Positions 48,827 to 59,575 of a stretch of DNA of 64,000 nt are shown piece after piece. The notes under the pieces are model-generated. The model saw only the letters and a program-made list of their open reading frames with translations. It made no database searches and was not told the origin of the DNA. Positions within the stretch are counted from its first letter, which is position 1; each line of letters begins with the position of its first letter. This stretch comes from Paludibacter sp. (GTDB taxonomy: Bacteria > Bacteroidota > Bacteroidia > Bacteroidales > Paludibacteraceae): NCBI GenBank assembly GCA_023666945.1, contig JAMPAY010000003.1, positions 59,200-123,199 on the forward strand. The letters are read 5' to 3'. A program made the translations under genes and the position numbers.

Positions 48827-49773
48827 TGAAAACAATCGATATACTCGCACTCGGTGAACTGAACGTTGACTTGATTTGCAATCGTATTGACGGAATGCCC
48901 GAAATAGGCAAAGAAAAGTTCTGCCAAGACATGACCGTTACGCTCGGTTCTTCTACTGCCATTTTTGCTGCCAACGCAGCAGCACTCGGGGCTAAAGTTG
49001 CCTTTTGCGGCATGATAGGTAACGATGCTTTCGGCAAATTGGTAGAAACATCTTTACAACAGAAAAAGGTAGATACACATTGGCTCATACATACCAACCA
49101 ATATGCCACAGGGGCTACCATTGTCCTTAGTTACGATGAAGACCGTGCCAACATTACCTACCAAGGGGCTATGGATTATATGGGAATTGACACTATCGAC
49201 AAAACCCTTTTTAACGAGGTGAGACACATTCACATCTCATCCATCTTTATGCAATCGGCACTCAAGCGCGATCTCATGCAAATACTGAAGTTGGCACAAG
49301 TGAATGGTATAACCACATCACTTGATACACAATGGGATCCTACCGAAACATGGGATTTAGACTACCAACAGATTCTGCCACTCGTTACTGTGTTCATGCC
49401 TAACGAAACCGAACTCCGTTTCCTTACCGGATGTTCCACCACCACAGAAGCCGTTGAAACCATACGTCCTTATGTAAACAATGCCGTTATCAAGCAAGGA
49501 AGCCATGGTTCACTGCTCATGCGCAAAGGGTATAGCGATCTGCAAATACCTGCATTGCTCAACGATAACGTTGTGGATTGCATCGGTGCAGGCGATAGTT
49601 TCAACGCAGGATTTATCACACGCTTCGTTGCCGGTGATACACTTGAAGAATGCCAACGCTACGGCAACATGACGGGAGCAGTATCTACTACCGCAGCAGG
49701 AGGTACAGGAGCATTCTCTTCAAAACAAGACATCGAAAACATAGGTAAACAACGCTTCGGGTGGAACGCTTAA
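48826..49773 (+). CDS. PfkB-family carbohydrate kinase (tagatose-6-phosphate kinase-like)
   Basis: N-terminal GE.NVD, C-terminal GAGDSFNAGF anion hole. Start overlaps the kbaZ stop. Confidence 0.7.
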   Translation: MKTIDILALGELNVDLICNRIDGMPEIGKEKFCQDMTVTLGSSTAIFAANAAALGAKVAFCGMIGNDAFGKLVETSLQQKKVDTHWLIHTNQYATGATIVLSYDEDRANITYQGAMDYMGIDTIDKTLFNEVRHIHISSIFMQSALKRDLMQILKLAQVNGITTSLDTQWDPTETWDLDYQQILPLVTVFMPNETELRFLTGCSTTTEAVETIRPYVNNAVIKQGSHGSLLMRKGYSDLQIPALLNDNVVDCIGAGDSFNAGFITRFVAGDTLEECQRYGNMTGAVSTTAAGGTGAFSSKQDIENIGKQRFGWNA

Positions 49774-49788
49774 ACACATCTGCAAACC

Positions 49789-50610
49789 ATGAAACTTCAA
49801 GAACAATTACATATCTGTCAGACACAGCAAAAAGCCATCTTGGCTACCAATTTCTATAATTTCGAAACGCTCAGTGCTGTTATGAGGGCTGCGCAGAAAA
49901 TGTCTGCACCGGTTATTCTACAACTCACCAAAAGTTCTATCGACTATATGGGACTGCAACAAGCCGTTGCCATGGGACGACAAGCCCTCGACGATTATGG
50001 ACTCACAGGCTGGATTCATCTCGACCACGGACCATCGGTTGAACTCGTGCAACGTTGTCTTGATGCCGGTTTTGATTCTGTTATGATTGATGCCAGCGAA
50101 AAACCGCTCGAAGAAAACATCGCTATCAGTCATCATGTGGTGGAGTTGGCACGTCCCTACGGAGCCAATGTAGAAGCCGAATTAGGATACGTAGCCAAAC
50201 TCGGACAAGAACAAGGAGGCGGATTCACGACACCGGAAGATGCCACCCGCTTTGTTGCCGAAACAGGTGTTGATGCGCTTGCTGTCGCCATCGGTTCGGC
50301 ACATGGATTCTATAAGCAGGCTCCTCATCTTGACATCCCGCGCCTTGCCGCCATACATGCCGCTACTCCTGCAGTACTTGTCTTGCATGGCTCATCCGGC
50401 ATTCCTGCCGAAATGGTGCAAGATGCCATTTCCAACGGAATCTGCAAAGTAAATCTCGCTACCGAAATAAAAGACAATTTCATGCGAGCACTCAAACGCA
50501 TTCTCAGCGAAACCGATGAAATAGACCTGCGCAAAGTTTTCCCATCTGCCATCGAACCTGTGGTTGAAATGCTTTGCCGAAAATACCAAATGGTCAATAA
50601 CAACAAATAA
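49789..50610 (+). CDS. kbaY: Class II ketose-bisphosphate aldolase (tagatose-1,6-bisphosphate aldolase KbaY/GatY-like)
   Basis: HLDHG zinc site, GSAHG, LVLHGSSG motifs of class II FBA/TBP aldolases. Confidence 0.75.
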   Translation: MKLQEQLHICQTQQKAILATNFYNFETLSAVMRAAQKMSAPVILQLTKSSIDYMGLQQAVAMGRQALDDYGLTGWIHLDHGPSVELVQRCLDAGFDSVMIDASEKPLEENIAISHHVVELARPYGANVEAELGYVAKLGQEQGGGFTTPEDATRFVAETGVDALAVAIGSAHGFYKQAPHLDIPRLAAIHAATPAVLVLHGSSGIPAEMVQDAISNGICKVNLATEIKDNFMRALKRILSETDEIDLRKVFPSAIEPVVEMLCRKYQMVNNNK

Positions 50611-50634
50611 CGCAACCGCTTAAACGCTAACAAT

Positions 50635-51720
50635 ATGAACAAACGTTTTTATCTAATCGCTGCTGCCATGCTCACAACCATGGGCATTATCGCACAAAAC
50701 ATCACGGAAACACTCTTGCTCAAAGATTTCCGCCCGGAATCTGTATGCAATATCCCCGTCACTAATGTAGAGAAAGCCAAATATCCCGTCATTGATATGC
50801 ACTCGCACGACTATGCCGAAACGCCCGAAGAAATCGATGAATGGGTAAAAACAATGGACGCATGCGGCATCACGCAAACACACCTCATGAGTTGCAGTTG
50901 GATAGGACAACCGTTCTTTGAGTTTGTCAAGAAATATGAGGCGCACAAAGACCGATTTGCTTTTTGGTGCAGTTTCGATTACACAGGTATTGACGAGCCG
51001 GATTTTGCACAGAAATCAATTGCAGCCTTAAACGAATGTCATCGGCTTGGCGCAGTCGGAGTAGGCGAAATGGGCGATAAAGGAGAAGGCGACCTCTATG
51101 CATATCCTGTAGAAGGACAAGACATTCACCTCGACGATCCCCGCATCCAACCGCTCATTCGTCGTTGTGGCGAACTCCACATGCCTATCAGCATTCATAT
51201 TGCCGAACCCTATTGGATGTATCTCCCCATGGACGAGCATAACGACGGACTCATGAACGGAGTCGTTTGGCATGTCGATACCACTGCAGCCAACTGCTAT
51301 GGATACGACCGCCTCATCAATTCTTTCGAGAATGCCGTACGCCAAAATCCGGGTACAATCTTCATAGCATGCCACTATCTCAATATGAACCAAGACCTTG
51401 TGCGCTTGGGGGCAATGCTCGACAAATACCCCAATATGTATATCGATATCGCTGCACGCGTTGCCGAAGCCGCATGTACACCACGCGCAACACGCGAGTT
51501 TATCATCAAGTATCAAGACCGCATACTCTTCGGTACCGACAACGGTATGTCCGCAGGTATGTATCATAACATCTTCCGTGTTTTGGAAACCAACGATGAG
51601 CATTTCTACGTACACGATTTCAACTACCATTGGTATCTCAACGGATTCAACCTGCCCGACAAAGTCCTCAAGAAGATTTATTACCAAAACGCACAACGTA
51701 TTCTCAACAAATACAAGTAA
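50635..51720 (+). CDS. Secreted amidohydrolase-family metal-dependent hydrolase (TIM barrel)
   Basis: Signal peptide. IDMHSHDY (HxH metal site), later HIAEP and D residues. Possible deacetylase. Confidence 0.5.
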   Translation: MNKRFYLIAAAMLTTMGIIAQNITETLLLKDFRPESVCNIPVTNVEKAKYPVIDMHSHDYAETPEEIDEWVKTMDACGITQTHLMSCSWIGQPFFEFVKKYEAHKDRFAFWCSFDYTGIDEPDFAQKSIAALNECHRLGAVGVGEMGDKGEGDLYAYPVEGQDIHLDDPRIQPLIRRCGELHMPISIHIAEPYWMYLPMDEHNDGLMNGVVWHVDTTAANCYGYDRLINSFENAVRQNPGTIFIACHYLNMNQDLVRLGAMLDKYPNMYIDIAARVAEAACTPRATREFIIKYQDRILFGTDNGMSAGMYHNIFRVLETNDEHFYVHDFNYHWYLNGFNLPDKVLKKIYYQNAQRILNKYK

Positions 51721-51810
51721 GATCACCTTACCCAGAGCATACCTCATTGAGTTATCACTTGGCAATTCTGCAGGTAAGAAGTACACAATAAGCACCTACA
51801 AATCAACAAT

Positions 51811-53835
51811 ATGAACAACATCAGTCGTAGCACACTACTGCTTACAACTATCCTGGCACTACTCACAGGATGTCGTAATACCGTCATCACTACGGGAGAC
51901 TTGCGTATGGAGATTAACCGACACATGCAAGTAACTCTTTTGTCTGAAGCCGATGGCGCAGCAGCACTCATGCGCACACCGCAATCCACCGATGCCTTGT
52001 TTGCCTCCGAACAGGCGTTCTGCGATTTCACTACCAAGCAAGTAATTTGGTTGGCTGACACTGCTTGCACTATCATCGGAGAAGCCGGGAACAATGGATT
52101 CTGTGTTGAAAAACATCAAACCCTTTGTTGGTCACCCGCTTGGGAGAACATGGTCACACAAGCAACCTTCTATGTAAACAAGGGGAAAACACTTACCGTC
52201 ACAGGTTACCAAAGCAATGCTCTCGCACTTCAAGCCAACGACACAGTGGTTTGGTCTTTCCAACCCTCCTCTACCAGTGCACGTGCCGATTGGATGTTGC
52301 CCATCACCGAAGGATTCTCACAACGCAATTACCTCGGTATGAACAACTGTGACTACGGTGGAGGCATTCCCATGATAGACCTTTGGAGACGTGATGCCGG
52401 CATCACTATCGGTATTACCGAGCCTACACTTCAATTGGCATCAATGCCTGTTGTATGGACACGTTACGATGATTGTGTACGCTTCTCTTTGCAATACACC
52501 TTCGAGGATCAACTCCTCATGCAAACTAACGACACCGTACACACGTTCGGCACTTTCATGGCCATTCATCAAGGCGATTTCTATAACGCCTTACAACTTT
52601 ATTCCAACTATATGCAAGCGCAGCAAAATGTTCGTTTTCAGCCTTCTGAGCCGGAAGCATTTGAGCCTGTATGGTGCGCATGGGGCTACGAACGTACTTT
52701 CACGCTCAGTGAAGTTATAGGGACACTCGATAAAGTTGCAGAACTCGGCTTTCGTTGGGTTGATGTAGACGATGGTTTCCAAATTGCGGAAGGTGACTGG
52801 GAGACCAACTCTCGATTCCCCGGAGGCGACAATGATATGAAACGATTGGCAGACGAAATACACCGTCGCGGTATGTATGCCAAACTTTGGTGGGCACCAC
52901 TCGCTGCAGACCCCGGAACACAAGCACTGCTCCAACATCCCGAGATGCTCTTGCGTACTAAGGAATATGCGCCTGAATACATCACCTGGTGGGATAGTTG
53001 GTATCTCTCACCCGTCAATCCGGTAACATGGCAATACACGGCAGACCTGGTCGACCGATTCCTCAATGTATGGGATTTCGATGGACTTAAGATTGACGGA
53101 CAACATCTCAACTGCTGTATGCCCGACTACAATGACGCCAGCGGATTGGACTATCCGGAGCAGGCGGTCGAACAAATGCCGCTATTCTTTAAGAATATCT
53201 ACGAACAAGCCCGACAACTCAAACCGCATGCTGTAGTGCAGGTATGCCCCTGCGGATGTGCTGTCAATTTCTTCCATTTGCCCTACTTCAACCAAAGTGT
53301 GGCTTCCGACCCAACAAGCAGCGCGCAAGTACGTATGAAGCGTAAGGCTTACGCAGCCATGTGCCCGCAGTTGGCTTACTATGCCGACCATGTCGAACTC
53401 ACCGACGGAGGCGATGATTTTGCTACGCAAATAGGTATCGGTGGTGTCATCGGAACCAAGTTCACCTATCCAAAAGATAATCCCAACGCAAGTGAAAGTT
53501 TCTTGCTTACGCCCGAGCGCGAACAACTCGTACGCAAATGGATGAACATCTATCAAACACATCGGCTCTCTACCGGCGATTATCTCAATTTGTACGACTT
53601 AGGGTTTGACTACCCCGAAGCACACGTTATACGACAAAACGGGTCTGTATACTACGCTTTCTATGCACCGGAGTTTGACGGTGAAATCTGTCTAAGAGGA
53701 TTAGACCCCGACAAGCGTTATGCAGTATGTACCTATACGGACGATTGCCCCACAACTACAGAAATAGACGGTAGTCATCCCTACATACAGGTCGCCTTCC
53801 AACGAAACCGGCTCATAAAAGTAACCGAATTATAA
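51811..53835 (+). CDS. Lipoprotein glycoside hydrolase, clan GH-D-like TIM barrel (alpha-galactosidase/alpha-N-acetylgalactosaminidase candidate)
   Basis: Lipobox LLTGCRN. FRWVDVDDGFQ...GDWETN resembles the xDDGW motif region of GH27/36/129 enzymes. Family not certain. Confidence 0.4.
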   Translation: MNNISRSTLLLTTILALLTGCRNTVITTGDLRMEINRHMQVTLLSEADGAAALMRTPQSTDALFASEQAFCDFTTKQVIWLADTACTIIGEAGNNGFCVEKHQTLCWSPAWENMVTQATFYVNKGKTLTVTGYQSNALALQANDTVVWSFQPSSTSARADWMLPITEGFSQRNYLGMNNCDYGGGIPMIDLWRRDAGITIGITEPTLQLASMPVVWTRYDDCVRFSLQYTFEDQLLMQTNDTVHTFGTFMAIHQGDFYNALQLYSNYMQAQQNVRFQPSEPEAFEPVWCAWGYERTFTLSEVIGTLDKVAELGFRWVDVDDGFQIAEGDWETNSRFPGGDNDMKRLADEIHRRGMYAKLWWAPLAADPGTQALLQHPEMLLRTKEYAPEYITWWDSWYLSPVNPVTWQYTADLVDRFLNVWDFDGLKIDGQHLNCCMPDYNDASGLDYPEQAVEQMPLFFKNIYEQARQLKPHAVVQVCPCGCAVNFFHLPYFNQSVASDPTSSAQVRMKRKAYAAMCPQLAYYADHVELTDGGDDFATQIGIGGVIGTKFTYPKDNPNASESFLLTPEREQLVRKWMNIYQTHRLSTGDYLNLYDLGFDYPEAHVIRQNGSVYYAFYAPEFDGEICLRGLDPDKRYAVCTYTDDCPTTTEIDGSHPYIQVAFQRNRLIKVTEL

Positions 53836-53881
53836 TCATACGGAAGAAACAACAAATACTAATCATAAAAAACACACTACC

Positions 53882-56836
53882 ATGTGCAAAAAACATTCAT
53901 TCCTAACAACATGTCTACTCTTGTTGGTATCTGTGGCTTTTGCTCAGAACATCAGAGTACAAGGTGTTGTAATCTCGGCTGAAGACAAAGAACCTTTACC
54001 GGGTGTAAGTATTCTGGTTAAAGGAACCACCGAAGGAACTATCTCCGATTTCGACGGTAACTTCGAATTATCGACCGCCCAAGGAGCCACATTGCAATTT
54101 TCTTTCATGGGCTACAAAAGCCAAGAGTTGCAGGCAGCAACTTCCATGAAAGTCGTTATGCAATCCGATGCTATTGAAATCAACGAAGTGGTGGCATTAG
54201 GTTATACTTCAGCAAAAAAAGCCGAACTTTCGTCGGCGGCGGTTGTTTTGGCTGCCGATGCCTTAAGCGACGTCACAACCTCCGACCTGGAAACTATGCT
54301 ACAAGGTAAAGTTGCCGGTCTGAATATCTCGAGTGCCAGCGGACAACCCGGTGAAGCCGCCACTATTCGTATTCGTGGTACAGGGTCTATTACTGCATCT
54401 TCCGACCCCTTATATGTAGTTGACGGTGTTGCAGGCGGAACATTCAACGTTAACGATGTTGAGAGTATCACAGTTCTAAAAGACGCAGGTGCTACAGCCA
54501 TCTATGGTGCGGCAGCAGCAGGCGGTGTCATTGTCGTTACGACCAAATCAGGTAAGAGCGGACAAGGTACGCATGTCGATTTCAAGGTTACTGCGGGTAT
54601 GAATGCCCCACTCTTCGGCAACTTCCGTATGATGAATTCCGAAGAACTCTACTATGCACATAAGCAGATGTATAGTAAAACCTTGTTCAATACCCTGCGC
54701 CCAAAGACACTACTTGACCAGGATTTCAACTGGCAAGACGCCTATTTCTCCAAAGGCTGGACACAAGACTACTATGTTTCTGCCAGCGGTAATCTTGGCA
54801 AGGCTAATTATTTTGCCAGTTTCAACTACTACAAGGAAGACGGTTCACTCATCGGTACCGGCTACGACCACATGTCCGGACATATCGATCTCAATGCCGA
54901 ACTCTTCAAGAACTTCCGCATGGATATACGCATGAACTTGGAGCATTCCAATACCGACCAACCCTATAGTTGGCTCGTACTCAACGATGCTTATACCAAA
55001 ATGCCTTGGGATAATCCGTACGACGAAAACAACGAATTGGTCACCGACTGCTCCAACTGGTATTCGCAAGAGAAATGGAACTCTTTGCAAGGAGCACAAT
55101 ATAACTACGCAAAATCCAAGTCTTTCGGCTTCCAGGCTGACGCCAACTTCTCCTACCAAGTTTTGCCTTGGCTCTCTATCAACTCCAACAACCGCTTTGC
55201 ACGCAGCATGTGGCAATATACCAACTATTTGGATACACGTACCTATAGCGGTGACTATATCTACAAAAGCAATGGCGTAAGTCAGTCTTTTGGAACTACC
55301 GAAACCATCAAAGCCAGCGGTCAATTCGGACAACATTCTGTCGGAGGTATCATCGGCTTTGAATTTGGCACATGGCAAACCGAAACCATGGGCGTAACAG
55401 CCTCTAATACACTCCCCGGTAAAGATGCCTTGGATGTATTTGCCAAAGCACAAGGTGTAGAGGGAGAACTACTTCCGGAAAAGAGTTGGTCGGTGTTTGC
55501 ACAAGCACAATACGATTATGCCAAACGCTATTTCCTGACAGCCTCTTTCCGTGCCGATGCAAGTAGTGTTTTCCCGAAAGATAACAGAGTAGGCTATTTC
55601 CCCTCCGTGGCTGCAAGTTGGTTGATGTCCAACGAAGAATGGCTCAAGAAAAACGAGGTACTTGATATGCTGAAGATTCGTGCAAGTTATGGTCTCACCG
55701 GTAATAACAATATACCTAAGTACAAATATCTGGCTTATTATTCACTATCTTCCAATTATCAAGGCTCTACAGGTGCTATCCTTGCCAACATGGCAAACGG
55801 ACAATTGCGTTGGGAAACGGCGTATATGGCAGCCGTAGGTGTTGATGTAGAACTGCTTAAAGGACGATTGGGAATGACCTTTGACTTGTATAATACCGAC
55901 AACAAAGATCTTCTACTTGCAGTTGTTCAAGCACCCTCTACAGGTTTCGATACACGCTTGGAAAACCGAGGAAGTGTACGCAACCAAGGTATCGAGTTTC
56001 AAGCCAATACAGTACCCGTTAAGGTGGGCGACTTTAAGTGGGATTTAGGCTTCAACATAGCATTCAATCGCAACCGTGTTACCGAATTGCCCAACCACGA
56101 GGCATTCCTGCAAACACGCAATAACGTATCACAGATTGTGCAAGAGGGTGAAGATATCTACTCGTGGTACATGCCCAAATGGCTCGGTGTTGACCCCAAA
56201 AATGGTAACCCGCTATGGGAAACCATTATTTACGACGAAAACGGCAATGAAACAGGACGTGAAGCAACAAGTGATTACACCCAAGCACAAAGCCAAATAG
56301 TAGGCAAAGCCACGCCGCTCTTCAATGGCGGACTCTTCACTGCATTCAGTTGGAAAGGGTTGTCGCTCTCCATCAACACCATGTTCACCTACGGCAACAA
56401 GATTTACAACTTCAATCGTGCCCGTCTTGATTCCGATGGTGCCTATATGGGTATGAACCAACTATCTATCGACTACAATAAACTCGGATGGTCGCGTTGG
56501 GAAAAAGAAGGCGACAATGCCACACACCCCAAATACGTACTCAATGGTAACAACGGTAGTAATAACATATCGTCACGCTACTTGGAAGACGGCAGTTACT
56601 TCCGTATCAAGAATATCACGCTATCCTACTCACTCCAACCCGATGTATTGGCCAAGGCGCACATGACGCACTGCCGTTTCTACATCTCTGCCGACAATCT
56701 CGCCACTGCTACCAAGTATTCAGGCATGGACCCCGAAGTAGGAATGAGTACCACCGACTATTCGCTCGCAGGTATGTCAGCCGACCAATATCCCGGTAAT
56801 CGCCAATTCCTTATCGGCTTCGAAATCGGATTCTAA
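53882..56836 (+). CDS. susC: SusC/RagA-family TonB-dependent outer-membrane transporter
   Basis: N-terminal carboxypeptidase-regulatory-like domain (GVVISAEDKEPLPGVSILVKGT...DFDGNFEL), TonB box region, plug, and 22-strand barrel ending ...GFEIGF. Confidence 0.9.
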   Translation: MCKKHSFLTTCLLLLVSVAFAQNIRVQGVVISAEDKEPLPGVSILVKGTTEGTISDFDGNFELSTAQGATLQFSFMGYKSQELQAATSMKVVMQSDAIEINEVVALGYTSAKKAELSSAAVVLAADALSDVTTSDLETMLQGKVAGLNISSASGQPGEAATIRIRGTGSITASSDPLYVVDGVAGGTFNVNDVESITVLKDAGATAIYGAAAAGGVIVVTTKSGKSGQGTHVDFKVTAGMNAPLFGNFRMMNSEELYYAHKQMYSKTLFNTLRPKTLLDQDFNWQDAYFSKGWTQDYYVSASGNLGKANYFASFNYYKEDGSLIGTGYDHMSGHIDLNAELFKNFRMDIRMNLEHSNTDQPYSWLVLNDAYTKMPWDNPYDENNELVTDCSNWYSQEKWNSLQGAQYNYAKSKSFGFQADANFSYQVLPWLSINSNNRFARSMWQYTNYLDTRTYSGDYIYKSNGVSQSFGTTETIKASGQFGQHSVGGIIGFEFGTWQTETMGVTASNTLPGKDALDVFAKAQGVEGELLPEKSWSVFAQAQYDYAKRYFLTASFRADASSVFPKDNRVGYFPSVAASWLMSNEEWLKKNEVLDMLKIRASYGLTGNNNIPKYKYLAYYSLSSNYQGSTGAILANMANGQLRWETAYMAAVGVDVELLKGRLGMTFDLYNTDNKDLLLAVVQAPSTGFDTRLENRGSVRNQGIEFQANTVPVKVGDFKWDLGFNIAFNRNRVTELPNHEAFLQTRNNVSQIVQEGEDIYSWYMPKWLGVDPKNGNPLWETIIYDENGNETGREATSDYTQAQSQIVGKATPLFNGGLFTAFSWKGLSLSINTMFTYGNKIYNFNRARLDSDGAYMGMNQLSIDYNKLGWSRWEKEGDNATHPKYVLNGNNGSNNISSRYLEDGSYFRIKNITLSYSLQPDVLAKAHMTHCRFYISADNLATATKYSGMDPEVGMSTTDYSLAGMSADQYPGNRQFLIGFEIGF

Positions 56837-56875
56837 TCAACATATCTAACCACTAAACACAAATACAATACGATT

Positions 56876-58564
56876 ATGAAACGCAATATAATCATAGCAT
56901 TGTCAGCGACACTCGTAGCAATGACATCATGCAAAATGGATTTGTTTCCATCAGGCTCCATGACGCCCGATGAAATGGCGCAAGACCCGGGAGGTGCAGT
57001 CTATGCCACCGACGGCAACTATTCCATGTTCAAAGATCAAGTTGAATATGTCGCCTATGCCAACGGCAACTCCTATGTACGCCACTATTTCCAGATGGCG
57101 GAATTCCCTGCCGATAACTGTACTCTTTCCGGTCGTACAGAAGACCCCTTGTATGAAGCCAACTGCTATAAGAACGATTATACCAAGAAAAACGTACAGA
57201 CACTTTGGTATCTCTCGTATAAGATTATCTATGGGGCTAACGCCGTTATAGAAGGTGTACAAGACGGGGCTTCTGTAGAGTCCGACCATATCAAGGGAGA
57301 AAACTATTTCCTACGTGCCTTGTGCCACTTCAATCTGGTAAACCTTTATGCAAAACCTTATTGCTTAGGACGCGATAATATGGGCGTTATACTCCGTACA
57401 AGCACTTCGATTACCGAAACCTCACGCGCTTCTATCGGACAAGTATACGACCAAATAGTAGATGACCTGAAAAACGCCATTCGCCTTATGGACAGAGGTT
57501 CACGCCGAGGTAATGCCGGATATGCCTGCAAAGAATCTGCACAAGGTCTTCTCTCGCGCGTATATCTCTATATGGGAATGGATCAAGAGTGCATCGATCT
57601 TGTTACCGAAATGCTCAGTGGAGCCGAACCTTCCTCCAAACTCGAACCCACTGCCACTTACCCGCAGTATTTCGCCAACGCACTCACATCCAACGAAACT
57701 CTGTGGGCTATTGCTTATACCATAGAAGATTATAAAAGTATGGACATGGGGCAGGGCACTATCGGTTCTATGTTCTTAAGCGATGGCAAAGGATGGGGCG
57801 AAATCTATTGTAGCGATCCGCTCTGCAACCTCTACGAACGCTATCCTTCCGATATTCGTTACACAGGATATGTACTACCGCAGTACATCGAAGGTGGAGA
57901 ACTCACTGCCTATTTTCCTATCACCAACCTCAATGATGCCGACGGACGTCCGGAGGCTATCACTGCCGCTACCAAAACGACCGACGGCAACTACACTTTC
58001 ACTTACGAGGGAAAGAATTACACCACTACCACCGAACTTATCAATGGCGAATATCCGCAGCACTACATCACCTACAACGGCGAGAAGACCAACGTTCGTA
58101 TCCACCCAAAGATGCAAAACCGCAACACATTCCCCAAATACTATGTGTCAAAGTTCAGTTATCAAGACGGCGAACCCATGCTTTCTTCTCCTGTCATGTT
58201 GCGTTGGGCGGAAGTGATACTCAACCGTGCCGAGGCCTATGCTAAACGAGGACAAGTCAAGGAAGCATTGGATGATGTAAATGTTATTCGTCGTCGTGCA
58301 GGTATTCCGGAAGAAGGAATGTTTGCCGAAAACAATATGCACGGTTATACCGAAGCCTTGGATATTGTGTTGGACGAACGCCGTATGGAATTGGCATTTG
58401 AGGGACACCGTATGTTCGATGTTTATCGCAACCGCCGCAATATGGATCGCCGCTTTGCCGGTGTACATCCTTGGGAAATTGTAGACTACACTGCCGATAA
58501 AATTCAATATCCGATCCCCTACAACGAAATAACCGTATCGGGAATTCCACAAAATCCACAGTAA
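56876..58564 (+). CDS. susD: SusD/RagB-family starch-utilisation-like outer-membrane lipoprotein
   Basis: Lipobox MTSCK. TPR-like helical body. Conserved C-terminal RWAEVILNRAEAYAKRG...RRAGIP...ERRMELAFEGHRMFD. Confidence 0.9.
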   Translation: MKRNIIIALSATLVAMTSCKMDLFPSGSMTPDEMAQDPGGAVYATDGNYSMFKDQVEYVAYANGNSYVRHYFQMAEFPADNCTLSGRTEDPLYEANCYKNDYTKKNVQTLWYLSYKIIYGANAVIEGVQDGASVESDHIKGENYFLRALCHFNLVNLYAKPYCLGRDNMGVILRTSTSITETSRASIGQVYDQIVDDLKNAIRLMDRGSRRGNAGYACKESAQGLLSRVYLYMGMDQECIDLVTEMLSGAEPSSKLEPTATYPQYFANALTSNETLWAIAYTIEDYKSMDMGQGTIGSMFLSDGKGWGEIYCSDPLCNLYERYPSDIRYTGYVLPQYIEGGELTAYFPITNLNDADGRPEAITAATKTTDGNYTFTYEGKNYTTTTELINGEYPQHYITYNGEKTNVRIHPKMQNRNTFPKYYVSKFSYQDGEPMLSSPVMLRWAEVILNRAEAYAKRGQVKEALDDVNVIRRRAGIPEEGMFAENNMHGYTEALDIVLDERRMELAFEGHRMFDVYRNRRNMDRRFAGVHPWEIVDYTADKIQYPIPYNEITVSGIPQNPQ

Positions 58565-58622
58565 GCAATTTTTGAGGAAACTCAACCATAAAAACACCTA
58601 TTTATTAACAACTAACACTTTT

Positions 58623-59414
58623 ATGATCATGAAAAAGAATTTTAAGTATGCCCTCATGGCATTTGCAGCATTGGCTATGGTAGCCTGCAATGGCAATGAC
58701 CCCGACAACAAACATAATAATAACGATGGCGACGATGAAGAACCTGCTTTCGTTTCTCCTATCACATTGGATGGTCTGACCTCTGATTGGGATGCTTTGG
58801 ATGCCTCCAAGGTAGCCGTAGCAACTTGCCCCGAAGGAGCCCTCTTTACAGGCTTGAAGACACTGAAAGTATATGCCGACGAAATGTACATCAACCTCCT
58901 TGTTGAGTTCGATGAAGCACAGATTATAGACAAAGATTGGACTCCTTTCCACATCTATTTGGATGCTGACAACAGCGATGCTACAGGTGGTTATGGCGAC
59001 CAATATGCTGATGCCAATGCAGAATGGTGCTTGGAAGGTCCTGTATTCTCTGAAGGTGCTGCTGCTGATTTTAACCCCGCAGTATTCAAATGGTGGGGCG
59101 AAGCAGGTACCGACGGTTGGTTGTGGACCGACCCCTCTGTCGAACATGACGATGCCGACTATTGGGGGGCCATCATCGGCACAGGTTTGGGCAACGTAGG
59201 TCATAGCGCTTGCGTAGGCAACATCATCGAAATACAAATCCTCCGCGAAGGTATGCCTTCCGGTGCTACTTTTGCTGAAACATTCGGTATCGGTGTAGAT
59301 ATCCAACAAGCATGGACTTCTTGCGGTATTCTTCCTCAGTTGCCACAAACAGAAGATGGTACACAAGGTAAGGCTGCCAAACTCAAAGTTACTATTGACC
59401 GCACCGCTGAATAA
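58623..59414 (+). CDS. PUL-encoded surface lipoprotein of unknown function (SusE/F-position)
   Basis: MIMKKNFKYALMAFAALAMVACNG lipoprotein signal. Asp/Gly-rich, Trp-rich body. No recognisable catalytic motif. Confidence 0.45.
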   Translation: MIMKKNFKYALMAFAALAMVACNGNDPDNKHNNNDGDDEEPAFVSPITLDGLTSDWDALDASKVAVATCPEGALFTGLKTLKVYADEMYINLLVEFDEAQIIDKDWTPFHIYLDADNSDATGGYGDQYADANAEWCLEGPVFSEGAAADFNPAVFKWWGEAGTDGWLWTDPSVEHDDADYWGAIIGTGLGNVGHSACVGNIIEIQILREGMPSGATFAETFGIGVDIQQAWTSCGILPQLPQTEDGTQGKAAKLKVTIDRTAE

Positions 59415-59575
59415 GCGAAACACCCTATACAAACAATTGCAATATTGTAAAATAAATTAGGTGTTTGTAGGGAGGTGGCAATCATGCCGACAACAGTTGC
59501 CACCTCCCTTTTTATTAAACCCGTCTACCATAACCTTAACTACTTTTATAGTACTATCTCTCATACTATTACATC